Positions 41,856 to 54,819 of a stretch of DNA of 64,000 nt are shown one piece after another. Within the stretch, counting starts at the first letter, position 1. Every line of letters begins with the position of its first letter. The notes below the pieces were generated by a model. It ran no database searches, was not told the origin of the DNA, and was given only the letters and a program-made list of their open reading frames with translations. The stretch covers positions 29,698,001 to 29,762,000 of the forward strand of contig NC_043001.1 of assembly GCF_006345805.1 (NCBI RefSeq), given 5' to 3'. The translations under genes and the position numbers were made by a program. Origin of the DNA: Octopus sinensis. Taxonomy: Eukaryota.

Positions 41856-44800
41856 GTGTTGTGTTTGTGTGTGGGTGAGTGTAAATATACCTGAATGTTT
41901 TGGATAAGTGAGCAAACAGAATAACAAATTTATACAGAATTTGAATATTTCACTTTGACATCTTGAATAAATAAATAAATAAATAGATAAAGAAGAAGAA
42001 AATTGTGAAAGAAGAAACATTTGATAAAAATTTTAATTAGTTTTTTTCCTGCATCCTTCATTGTTGAAAAGCCAGTTATTCCACATCACATTATAAAATA
42101 TATGAATTTATTTATTCTCTTTAAAAGTACATACTTAGCATTGCTCTAGATGCAAATATTGTCAATGTAAAATGACATTAGACATTCTAACAGCTATAAG
42201 AAAAAGAAAACACAAACAAGACTCTAACATCCTTTAAACTAAGCACACCAAAAGGTAGATTGTCATTGCTGGGATATCAGCTCTGCCCTAAAAAGACAGA
42301 GAACTCACAATTGATTCTGAAGTCAAGTGCACTATTTCATTTACCTAACTCTACCAACCCTTAAAATGGCCCATTACATTTTTATGTAAGTGACCCAGGA
42401 ACTGGCCCTAGAATTACTGGCACCTGTGACAAGGTAGATTTCAACACCTTTACGTCTAGCTTTCTTAATCTTTTCACAAGGAAGAAAAGATATAATTCAT
42501 CATCATCATCATCATCATTTAACGTTCGTTTTCCGCGCTAGCACGGGTTGGACGGTTCAACCGGGGTCTGGGAAGCCAGGGGCTGCACCAGGCTCCAGTC
42601 TGATCTGGCAGTGTTTCTACAGCTGGATGCCCTTCCTAACGCCAACCACTCCGCAAGTGTAGTGGGTGCTTTTTACGTGCCACCGGCACAGGTGCCAGGG
42701 GAGTCTGGCATCGGCCACGATCAGTTGGTGCTTTTAACGTGCCACCGGCACAGAAGCCAGTCAAGGCGGCGCTGGCATCGGCCACGTTTGGATGGTGCTT
42801 TTTATGTGTCACTGGCACTGAAGCCAGTCGAGACAGCGCTAGGAATTAAAGCTTTTACTGCAATTTACAAGCTTCCTCATAAAGGAACCAGTTGAAAACC
42901 AGCTTCAAAGTTTCAGATCCTTTCATTCGTGTAATAAGAAGGGAGAAATCATACTACATTACTTGAAATGATCTTCATACATTTTCTCAGCAATCACAGA
43001 AAGTAAAGATCAATAAGTGGGAGGAAGAACAAAGAACGGCATTAATCGTCCATAGATGTAGTGAATATCAAAGAATTTTTACATCGTATTTTTACTTCAT
43101 TTTATTATTAATTTTGCAGAATTGTTTGAATGATGGACAAAATAATTTGCAGCATTTAGTTACAGCATATTACATTTTAAATTCAAGTCCTGCTGAAGTC
43201 AACTTATCCAATCACTCTTATCCAATAACTCTTCAACAGTCAATAGACTAAGTACCAGTCAAGAAGTGGAGGTTGACATAATCAACTAAGCCCTCCCACC
43301 TAAATTTCTGGTCTTGTGTCTTTGTAAGAAATCATTATTTTTACATTTGCACAAATGCATAATGTAACATCCTGTAGCCCATCATGGCCTAAATTGTTCA
43401 AGTTGTCAGAACCTACCAAACCTGAAGCTACTTCACCTTATTATTTGAAGTGCTTAGCAGATTAAAAAATTTAACTTTCTAATTTGAAATAAAGGGAGTA
43501 GCAGCTGCTCTGTAATGTAATGGTGAGTGTTTTATAATGTATAGTTAGTGATATATGAAATAGCAGGTGCTCTGTAGTGTAACTTGTAATATGGAGTAGA
43601 AGGTACTCAGTAGTGTAATTGGTGACATCATCATCATCATTTAATGTCCATTTTCCATGCTGGCATGAGTTGACCAGTTTGACAGGAGCTGACCAGCTAG
43701 AAAGCCACCCAGGCTCCATACCTATTTCAGCATGGTTTCTATGGCTGGATGCCCTTCCTAACACCAACCACTTTATAGAATATACTGGGTGCTTTTATGT
43801 AGCATCAGCATCCACAACCTTGCAAGATTAGCTGGAGATGAATGCAGGGACATGTCTATATGCAAGGAAAATCACACTTTTATTTAGCTTGATGTGTCTT
43901 CTCAAGAACAACAAGCTGCCAAGAGTTTCGGCCACCTGAAATCCTCGCTGTGAGTCCTAACGTCTGTAGATGCTTTCGCCCCACTTTGTCTTCTTGGGTT
44001 TATCCCTTCCACATGTTACCTTCACAATTTAAAGATCCACACATCTTGATTCAACTGTCTTCACTCATGTATATTAGCTGATCGTACCAGCACAGTTTTC
44101 TTTCTTGCATACTACATCTGATTCCTTGACTGCCCAGTTTTCCTCTCAAATCACTTACACCCTAACATATAAACACACTGACATTTACAACAGAGTGTAA
44201 GTGATTTGAGAGGAAAGCTGGGTATAATTAAACAATCTGGTAATAGATACATGGCTCAAATTCTGTTCTTTGTTTGCCTGTCTCATATCATACTGGAGGG
44301 AGGCGCAATGGCCCAGTGGTTAGGGCAGCGGACTCGCGGTCATAGGATCGCAGTTTCGATTCCCAGACCGGGCGTTGTGAGTGTTTATTGAGCGAAAACA
44401 CCTAAAGCTCTACGAGGCTCCGGCAGGGGATGGTGGTGATCCCTGCTGTACTCTTTCACCACAACTTTCTCTCACTCTTACTTCCTGTTTCTGTTGTACC
44501 TGTATTTCAAAGGGCCGGCCTTGTCACTCTCTGTGTCACGCTGAATATCCCCGAGAACTACGTTAAGGGTACACATGTCTGTGGAGTGCTCAGCCACTTA
44601 CACGTTAATTTCACGAGCAGGCTGTTCCATTGATTCGGATCAACCGGAACCCTCGTCGTCGTAACCGACGGAGTGCTTCCATCCATCATACTGGTACTTG
44701 TCTAATATTATTTCACAATTCAAGAGTGATTAAAAAACTGGCTTAGAAATTATGATTACTTACTTGTTTGTCAGCATCTGTTGCAGAAACTACAGCCAAT

Positions 44801-44929
44801 GTTTTTCCCACTTTATCTGTCTCCAAAACAGTAACGGTTGAAGGATTCAAAGACACCTGAGGTGCGTTATCATTTACATCCTATGGAAAAGGAAAAGTTT
44901 AAAAAACTAAATAAATAAAAGAATGCTGT

Positions 44930-44961
<32 letters not shown>

Positions 44962-47900
44962 TGCATGCATAAGTGATGACTTGCATATTAATTCTTAATT
45001 ATGGATTATGTTATCATGTTCAGTATGAATTTTTGCAAATATTGCAGGCATTGCTGATCTTATATTTTGTCAAACAAATTCATACTGTTTTGCTTTGGGA
45101 TATGATTTGGATTTAACATTGTACTACCTTAACTCTTTCATTACTGTACTTATTTTGAAATGCTCTGTGTTTCTTTCAATTACTTCAAATATAACAAAGA
45201 ATTTAGTAAAATATCTTAGTTATCATTAAGCTAGTGTTAGGAACATTAACTGTAACTAAGGTTTGGTGGAAGATTTTAATTCAAAACTCATGAAAACAAG
45301 ACATTTGTACTCAGAGCCAGAGCTGGTTTCAGCTGGGTTGGTAACAAAAAGGTTAATAAGGTACTATTTCGAGAAAACTAGCAAGATTTATTCAAGCCAG
45401 CAAATATTCTGATAAACAGGGCTTCATAAATATGATGCATCTGAAGAAATACAAAAGAAATATTTATAATGCCAGACTTGCCCATATTAATGCAAGATTA
45501 ATTCTATGTTAAACTTGTATATGAAAGAAGTTTTTCTTTCAAGTGAATCTGTTTTAACATACTCTTTTACTCTTTTACTTGTTTCAGTCATTTGACTGTG
45601 GCCATGCTGGAGCACCACCTTTAGTCAAGCAAATCAACCCCGGGACTTATTCTTTGTAAGCCCAGTACTTATTCTATTGGTCTCTTTTGCCGAACTGCTA
45701 AGTGACGGGGACGTAAACACACCAGCATCGGTTGTCAAGCAATGCTAGGGGGACAAACACAGACACACAAACACACATATATATACATATACATATATAC
45801 GACAGGCTTCTTTCAGTTTCCGTCTACCAAATCCACTCACAAGGCATTGGTCGGCCCGGGGCCATAGCAGAATACACTTGCCCAAGATGCCACGCAGTGG
45901 GACTGAACCCGGAACCATGTGGTTGGTTAGCAAGCTACTTACCACACAGCCACTAACTTAATTCCATGCAGAGGAAAAGTTAGAAACCGTCACTTTAGTT
46001 ATGAAATGTTTTTTCTTCTACAAAGAGTGTTTATTATCTATTGTTTATTGATAGACTGAGATTTTGGGCTTGTTTGAACCATAATCCTATCAGTAACATA
46101 CATTAATAATCAGTAGGCTTTTAGCTATGTTTAGTTGGCTGTACACAATAAAAATAGAGAGTTTTTCTTTGTCTTCATTTCCTGATCAAATAGGAGTGAA
46201 AATTAGCCACTAAGTGATGTCAATATGATTTCATACACTTCAAAATTAATTCAGTTAATTACTAACAAAAAGTATCTATTTCTTATTAAGCTTTTAACTG
46301 AAATATTATTCTCAACCTATCAGAATATGACTTTTAACAGAATGTAATCCTAACCATTTATTAAGGAAAATATTACAAATCTTTTTCTAGGTACATCTCT
46401 TCAAATTTAGTTGCCACACTACTGAGGCTAACCACTAATGAGAACTCTATCATTTGATGTATATTACAGTTTAATGAATTGGTGAGCTGATGTAGTCTAA
46501 GCTTTAGTTGTATAGTCTTAGGATTTAGCTGTCTAATTTAAAGGTGAGGTTAAGGTAGTCCAAGAAGGTTATTTTCATTTAGCTACTCATTATAACTTCT
46601 TCATCTTATTTGTGTTATGTTCGAGCATCTTGAATCATAAACTGTCAAATCGAGAAAGCACAAGTAAAAAATAAGAGATACATGTTTATGTGTTTACTTA
46701 TTAGTGCAATAAACAAAGTCATTCACTAAATCTATTATGATCATGTGTAATTAACAACAGACAATCAGTCCTGTTGACTTCGAGGAAAGGAATTAAAAAT
46801 AGGAGTTTCGGTCTTCAGGAATTTCGGGAGCATTATCACTCTAAGTAAAATGTAATAAGTATAAATGGAAACCAGAAGCAAATCACAAATTGGATTTTCT
46901 AAGCCCTTATAATTGTAAGCTAAATAGTAATAATCATTTTTAATTATGTTAATAACTCTTTGTATTTTTTAAAACTAAACACTAATAATTCTGTGAAACA
47001 AATTTATTCTTCTCAATCAGTTTTGGGCTTGCTTTTTTAGCAATATTTTTTACAGATATACATACATTTTTATTTCAGTGCTATACTGCTGAATTTACTT
47101 ACCAGTACATTAACAGTGATTTCTGCTCTGCTATTTGGTGATAGTGAATTTTTGCCATCCTTTGTGGTAACAAAAAACTTATAGACAGTTTTAGCCTCAT
47201 AATCTAACGTTGTGCTAGTGGTAATTACCCCACCTTGATTTATAGCAAAGGATTGAGAATCTCCGTCAAGTTCATAAACTATCGAAGGTGTGGTGTCTAA
47301 ATCAACTGCCTTTAAAGAGAAAGAAAAAAAAAGAAAGAAATCATACAAAAATATAGGAAATGTATTTTTTTCATCTATATTGAAATAATTTACCCTCAAA
47401 ATTAAAGTGATTTTAAAAGTTATAAAAGTTTTATTTATCAAAATATTGTGCGTGTTTTTACTGGAAAAAATCCCTGATTATTAATATGTGATTTAAGTAT
47501 ATTTATATATCATTCAGAAGATATAGACATGTGCCTATTTGTTTATAGAATAAACATAACATTAAAAACATTGGTTTCAAATTTTGGAACAAGGCTCGTA
47601 TGTTCGGTGGGGAGTGGGGTTAATCTATTAAATTGACCTCAATGCTCAGCTGGTACTTATTTTCTTGACCTCCAAAAGGATGAAAGGCAAAGTCAACCTC
47701 AAGGGAATTTGAACTCAAAACATAAAGACAGATGAAATGCCACTAACCATTTTAACTGACATACTAACAGCTCATGAAATGCAGCCCATGCCAGTATGGA
47801 AAATAGATGTTAAATCAGTGGTTCCTAAAGTGGACCATACCCCCCCCCAGGGGCGGTGGAAAGATCTAGGGGGTGTTAAGGAAAGGTGGGGTGACAATGG

Positions 47901-50622
47901 GGTAACCAAAAGGGGACAGTGGATGTAAAAAAAAATAACGGGTTTATTAGGCTAAGTTTTTATTTATGAAATACTGTTATTTTGAATTTGCGGCAGAATA
48001 TGGTCAATGTCTGTGATTGTGAGTTGGGGGAGGAGATACTAGGTATATGGCTTTAGAACCTAGTGGGCAGCAGCCTGAAACATTTTAGGAACCACTATAT
48101 TAAATGATGATGATGATGATGATCATGATTATGATCTTATCCATATAATTGCCATGTAATTTAATTCATTTTTCCTGAAGAGCAAAAGATTTAGAACTTC
48201 TGGTTTCTTGCCTTACCTTTACAGTAATTACAACAGTATTAATAAGTGCATCTTCCTGCACAAATCCCTCATATTTAGTTTCTGTAAATATTGGTATTGA
48301 ATCGGGCAAATCAAGTACCATAACAGTTATACTGGCGTCTGTATTAAATTTACCATCGTTTGCTGTTACTTTGAAGTTGTAAAGAGTTTCTGTCTCATAA
48401 TCAAAAGTAATTCGGTTGAATATTTTTCCAAGTGTGTCAATGCGAAAGCTACAAAATTCAAAATAAGAAACATAGCTTAATGAGAGGAATGGATATTACA
48501 AGAATATAGACAAAGCAAACAACATACTCAGATTTATTGCACAAACAAACAGGTGTGTCTGTGTGGTAAAACACTTGCTTTTCAACCACTTGATTTTGGT
48601 TTATTCCCCTTGTCTAGTGTTTCCTGCTATAGCCCCAGGCCAACCAAAACCTTGTAATGGATATAACTAATAGATGGAAACTGAAAGGAGCCTTGTATAT
48701 ATATATGTCAATGGTGTATAACCAGCACACTTATGAGTACCCTTCATTCATTGGACAATAAACTTTGCTTGTGAAGACATGTTGAGGCAAGTGAAATCAA
48801 AATCAAAATCAAAATCACTGATGTGACTGATGACAGTAGCACCTGATTGGCACTCCTGCCAGTGGAACGTTAAAAGCACCATCCAAGTGTGACTGTTGCT
48901 AGGGCTGCTGACTGGCTCCTGTGCTGGTGGCATGTAAAAAGTACCATTCGAGCATGGTCATTGCCAATGCTGCTGGACTGGCTCCCATGCAGGTGGCACA
49001 TAAAAACACCTTTTGAGTGTAGTCATTGCCAGTACCCACTAACTGCCCCTCGTGCTGGTGGCACGTAAAAAGCACCCACTACACTCTCGGAGTGGTTGGC
49101 ATTAGGAAGGGCATCCAGCTGTAGAGACTCTGCCAGATCAAGATTGGAGCCTGGTGCAGCCATCTGGCTCGCCAGTCCTCAGTCAAACCGTCCATCCCAT
49201 ACCAGCATGGAAAGCGGACGCTAAACGACGATGTTGATGGTGATGAGCCCTTCATCTCTTGACAACTGGTGTTGGTTTAATTCTATCCCTGTAACTTAGC
49301 AGTTCTGCATAAGAATCTGACAGAATAAGTAAGCAAGCTTTAAAATAAATAATAGGGTCAATTTGTTTGACTAAACCCTCCAAAACAGTGCACCAGCATA
49401 GCCAAAGACCAGTAACTAAAACAAGTGAAAGATAAACAAGAAAAATGAAAAATGTATCTCAAAAAATGAGATATGTTAGTTGAGAATATCATGTGAAGAA
49501 CAAGATCCTGTCTCTCGTTAACAACAGGCTCATTTCCACATCAAATATTTGTCTTGATGATACAGTTTCCTGTTCTGTTATACATACACTGCATGATCGA
49601 ACAATGGTGATTTCCTAAACAACATGATTGGTAGTTTTTGAGGGTTTTTTAATAAAAATTGGGAGAGTATATCAGCTTTTCTATTTAATGGTACTTTAGC
49701 CAGAAGTCAGTCACTCATTATAAATAGTACAAACTCTGTTATTAGTAAATCAAATGCCACAGAAGAATGTACTATACTGAATAGGTAATATATTGCCAAG
49801 GTTTGAACTTATTGTCATATAGTCAGCCAGTATTTGAGTGTCTTAAACTAAAAGCCATTGTACCTTGCATGACAATGGACGTGAAATTAGTACAATATTT
49901 TTCATTATTATTATTGTTGCTGTTGTTAAGGTAGTAAGCTGGCAGAATTATTAGCATGCCTGGCAAAATTTTTAGATAGCATTTCGTCTATTTTTATAAT
50001 CTGAGTTCTAATTCCACCAAGAACAATTTTGTCCTTCATCCTTTGTAGGGTCTATAAAATAGGTACCAGTTGAACACTAAGGTTGATGTAATCAACTTAT
50101 CCCCTCTTCTGAAACTTCTGCCTTGTACTAAAATTTGGTATCATTATTATTATTATTGAGTGAGAGAGCAGTGCATGCCATCAAAGTGACATTGGGGTAT
50201 AATATACAAAGTCCAATATACCCATCATGACTACCCATATGATAAGGGTACACAAAACACATGCATCACAACCATATGTGCTCAACATGGTGATCTCATA
50301 TCAATATAAACAGTGCATGACTTTGCAGGTGGGACTCAGTTAGAATTTTCTTTAGGTCAATTAGCCCATCCTGCACAAAAGGTCTCTGAATAAGGGTTGT
50401 TTAAGGATGTTGAATGAAACACCTGTTTCTAGAGGTGGATTATTCAAACCCCAAAGAATTCCTTTCAATACATAGCTATGATGCTCTCCCACTACCTCTA
50501 CTTATGATCAGAGATGCACATTTCGTCAGCCACCAAGCTCAATTGGTTATGGTCAAACAACTGATAAGCAAATCTGTGGTATTGAGCAGAATATTTGCAG
50601 TAGCCCATCTTTTACACCAATG

Positions 50623-50670
<48 letters not shown>

Positions 50671-53635
50671 ATTACATTTTGCATAATATATGGGTAAAAT
50701 TCTAACTTAATTCCAGTACTATAATAAAACTCTTCAAACTAACCATGCATTATTCTAAGATATCTGTAACCATTTTTGCATCAGAATGATAAAATTAAAC
50801 TACAGTTAATTCCTAAATTCTAATTTTGGTTCACCATTTTTGTTCTTTATCAGTTATTCTTTATCTAACAGAAAAATACAATTTATGACATATTAGAAAT
50901 ATCCAGTGTACATATTAAATATATGACCAATGTCCTAATCTACAGTCATCTTTTATATAAGAAATAACTGGAATTTCTCACTCTTATTAACTCTACAATT
51001 TCAGACTAGAAAATAATACCAAAATACTTGAGATGTGTAAATTCACATAAATAAAATGAAAGCTAAAGAATTCCATATTTCATAGGTGACTATCAGAAAC
51101 TGAAATGTCTCTACTCGTAAATCTACTACAAATTAACCAGATACAAGAATGTTTGCAATTTCAAATAAAGAAAATATTTAACTGATTGATTAATTACTAG
51201 GTAATTGAATGAAAATAAATTCTTCAACCCACACTTAAAACAATATTTGTTTTCATACTAAATTCCTTATAAATTTACAAGCATTACAGTAATTTTTCAA
51301 ATGGGTAATTTATGTAACAGTAACTTTGTAAAAAATGAGAAAGTGTAACTGCATCATCATACTTACTTATTAGAGTTAACTGAAAGTGTTATGAATGAAT
51401 TACTATCTGCATCTGTAACCTGGAAATATGGGAAAGGCAAGTTAATCAACTGATTTTCTTCAATATTAGTTGTTATTTCAATGCTACCATAATATTCATA
51501 TTCAATCCCATTAACATGAACAAAATTCAGAAAACCTTAAATTTTATTAATACATTTTCCTGGTAAAAGATTACTCATTATTATCCCTTAAGTTTTCAAG
51601 TGCTTCATAATCAACTTAGTCTATTTGTTTCTTCCCATTCTGCTTGTCAATGATGAAGCAAGGGAATTGTAATGACATTCTTCAAATGCAGTATCATTCA
51701 GTGAAGAAGACAACACCTTATTCATGTGGCCATCTCAACTACATCTTTATGATATCAAGTTATTATAGAGTCAATGACAGTTAAGTTACCACATTAATAG
51801 ACTGTGACTCCAGAGAGATTGTGCTCAACTCAGATTTATTTGGTTTTAATAACTAACCTAATCTACATGTGAAGATCAGGTTTGTAATTAGAAAGAAGGT
51901 AAACATCTCCAAGGCGAAGTCCCTTGTCTATCTTCAATAACTTGTCCAGCAAGAGATTCTGATGCCTGTTCCTTACTGCCAGATGAAACACCAGAGACCA
52001 AACTGGAGTGACAGATCAAAATTATCACTGCTTTGATAAAAAAACATAATTTTTTTTTACTTAAATATGCAAGTTTAGAAGTAGGCAACAGTTCAACTTT
52101 TGCTTACTTCTAAACATTTTAGCATTCTAAGTGTTAATTGGCACAAGTTAAATTATTTAATTAACATATAAACTATTAATTCTTAAAAGCATAGGAAATA
52201 CAATGATACTATGTAATAGCATCTTCTAAAAGAGAAGGGAAAAGTACTGCAAGGTAATATCTCTTATTCTCTTATTCTCTTATATGTTTCAGTCCAATGA
52301 CTGTGGCCATGCTGGAGCACAGCCATTGGTATGATCATGTTAAAAAAAAAACATTCCCCAGTCATGATAAAATGATCAAAATTGTAGTAACAATCAAACG
52401 ATAAATAACAATTAATAGATTAATAAATTAATAAATTAATAAATTTACTCACCTCTACTTGCCCAACAACTTGATCCAAAGTTGTTGCTTCACTTATCTT
52501 GAACAAGTACTTGTCTTGTGAAAACTTTGGAGGGTTATCATTAACATTTTGGATTTTGACGACAAAAGTTGTTGTTGCTGTCTATAGTGGAAAAGATAAT
52601 AAAAGAAAACTTCTTTAAAAATTAATAACAAACATGCAAAGTAGAGGTGTAATTTCAATCACATTCAATGCATTACTGGCAGTCAATTTAATTTTACACA
52701 GTATATTACTGGTACTTCTTTTGATTGAAAGTGCCCACATGGTGCCACGTAAAAGCACCTGTGCAGTGCTATATAAAGCTGCCCATGCAGCATCATGTAA
52801 AAGTGCCATGCAGTGTCACATAAAAGTGCCCGTGTGGTGCCATGTAAAAGCACCCATGTGGTGCTATGTAAAAGTGCCCATGGAGCATCATGTAAAAGTG
52901 CCTGTGCGATGCCGCATAAAAGTGCCCGTGTGGTGCCATGTAAAAGCACCCATGTGGTGCTATGTAAAAGTGCCCATGGAGCATCATGTAAAAGTGCCTG
53001 TGCGATGCCGCATAAAAGTGCCCGTATGACATCACATAAAAACACCTGTATAATGCCATGTAAAAGCACCCAATGCACTCCGTAAAGTGGTTGGCATTAG
53101 GTAGGACAGCCAGCTGTAGAAACCATGCCAAATCAGAATGGAGTTTGGCGCGGCTCCCCAGCTTGCCAGCTCTGGTCAAACCATGCCAGTATAGACAACA
53201 GTTGTCAAATGATGATATTTTGTAAATATAATTTTAACAGGCACTCTTCAGGAAAGCATTTAAAACTTATAGCAAACTAGCTGACCCTGTGCCATCAAAA
53301 ATGACGGCTAATTGTAATATTTTACATATAAATAAGGTATAAAATAAAGTGCATAATAATCACAGATACAAATATTCACATACTTCCCATGTACATGCAC
53401 ACACATACACACATATACTTGCACAGAGTTGAAAAGCTGATTTTTTTTCACCCCTTTATTATTCATCTATCACCCCTTCCTTTCTCCATTGCTATTACTT
53501 TCTCTCACTCTCTCTCAGTCAGGACTACATCTCTCACTACATCTCCTTCACTGAATTACTATTTTCTCTCCTCTCTGTTCACTTATACTACTCTTTCTCC
53601 TACTGTGTCCTACACCTACTCTGTGATTTTGGACA

Positions 53636-53693
<58 letters not shown>

Positions 53694-54709
53694 AATATAT
53701 ATGTATATAAATATATAAAAACACTATGCTCATTGTTATATTAGGAGATGAAAAATGCCAGATATAAAACTGAATTTCTAAAATACAAAAATAGAAAAGT
53801 TTTTTTTTACCTGGCCAGGTATGGCTTTGTTCGAACATGTAACAGTCATGTCATATTGTGAAATTTGTTCCGCATCTAAAGATTTTGCTACTGTTATATC
53901 TCCTCTGTGAAAAAACACAAATAATAAAAAGTGTAAGTAGAACAGTGTGTGTGAGGAGGGTGCATGTATATGTATTTCTCTCTAGCTATATATCTATATA
54001 TATATAGTACAGAGATGTACTTGCATAGCAAGTGACCTGATCTGAGATCGTGTGCTGGAAGGAAAACAATTGCAGCATGGAAGGTGATTATAAGCCATTT
54101 AAGAAACACAAAAAACGTTAGATTCACTTCGACATTTGAATTTAATTTCTCAAAATATTTTCGTTGCTTTGAGACCACAACATGTTAGCACGGAATTTTG
54201 TCAGTGAACAGGTCGCCATCTCAAAGTGACGAAAATATTGTGATAAACTAAATTTAAATACTGAAGTATGTGTGTGTTTCTTAAATAGCTTATAATCACC
54301 TTCCACGCGGCAATTGTTGAAACATGTGTCGGAAGTAAAAGTTAAACTCCATTTATTTATATATATATTATACATAAAATTCCACGTAATCCTGAAGTTT
54401 CTACCTTTAAAAACAAGGAGTTACAACCTCTTTACTTGTGTGATTTTTTTGCTACCCTGGTAACAATTTATCTATTTTTTCTGTGTTAATTGTTAACAAG
54501 GGAAAAATACACTCATCTATTTATATATATATATTTAGATGGGTGAATGAATTATCCTATGTTTACCGTTAACATAGGCTCTCTTTCTTTCCCGATGAGA
54601 AGATTGCATCTTACACTGTTTATTCCTTTGGAATAAAACCATGCTATCTTCAAAACATATGTCGAAAGAAGAGGAATTTTATTAACATCTTCGTTCAACT
54701 CCATTTATT

Positions 54710-54759
<50 letters not shown>

Positions 54760-54782
54760 GTATGTATTTGTATATATATATG

Positions 54783-54819
<37 letters not shown>

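Noticed and set aside
44297-44375. tRNA genes at SINE heads (also 617, 20748, 59729)
   Set aside because: Box A/B are present but there is no complete cloverleaf, and each continues into a repeated SINE body with tail and TSD.
51888-52088. ORF in the intron between exons 6 and 7 as the missing exon
   Set aside because: It has no cadherin motifs; the 53-nt exon at 51367-51419 supplies the expected DxD motif and phase.
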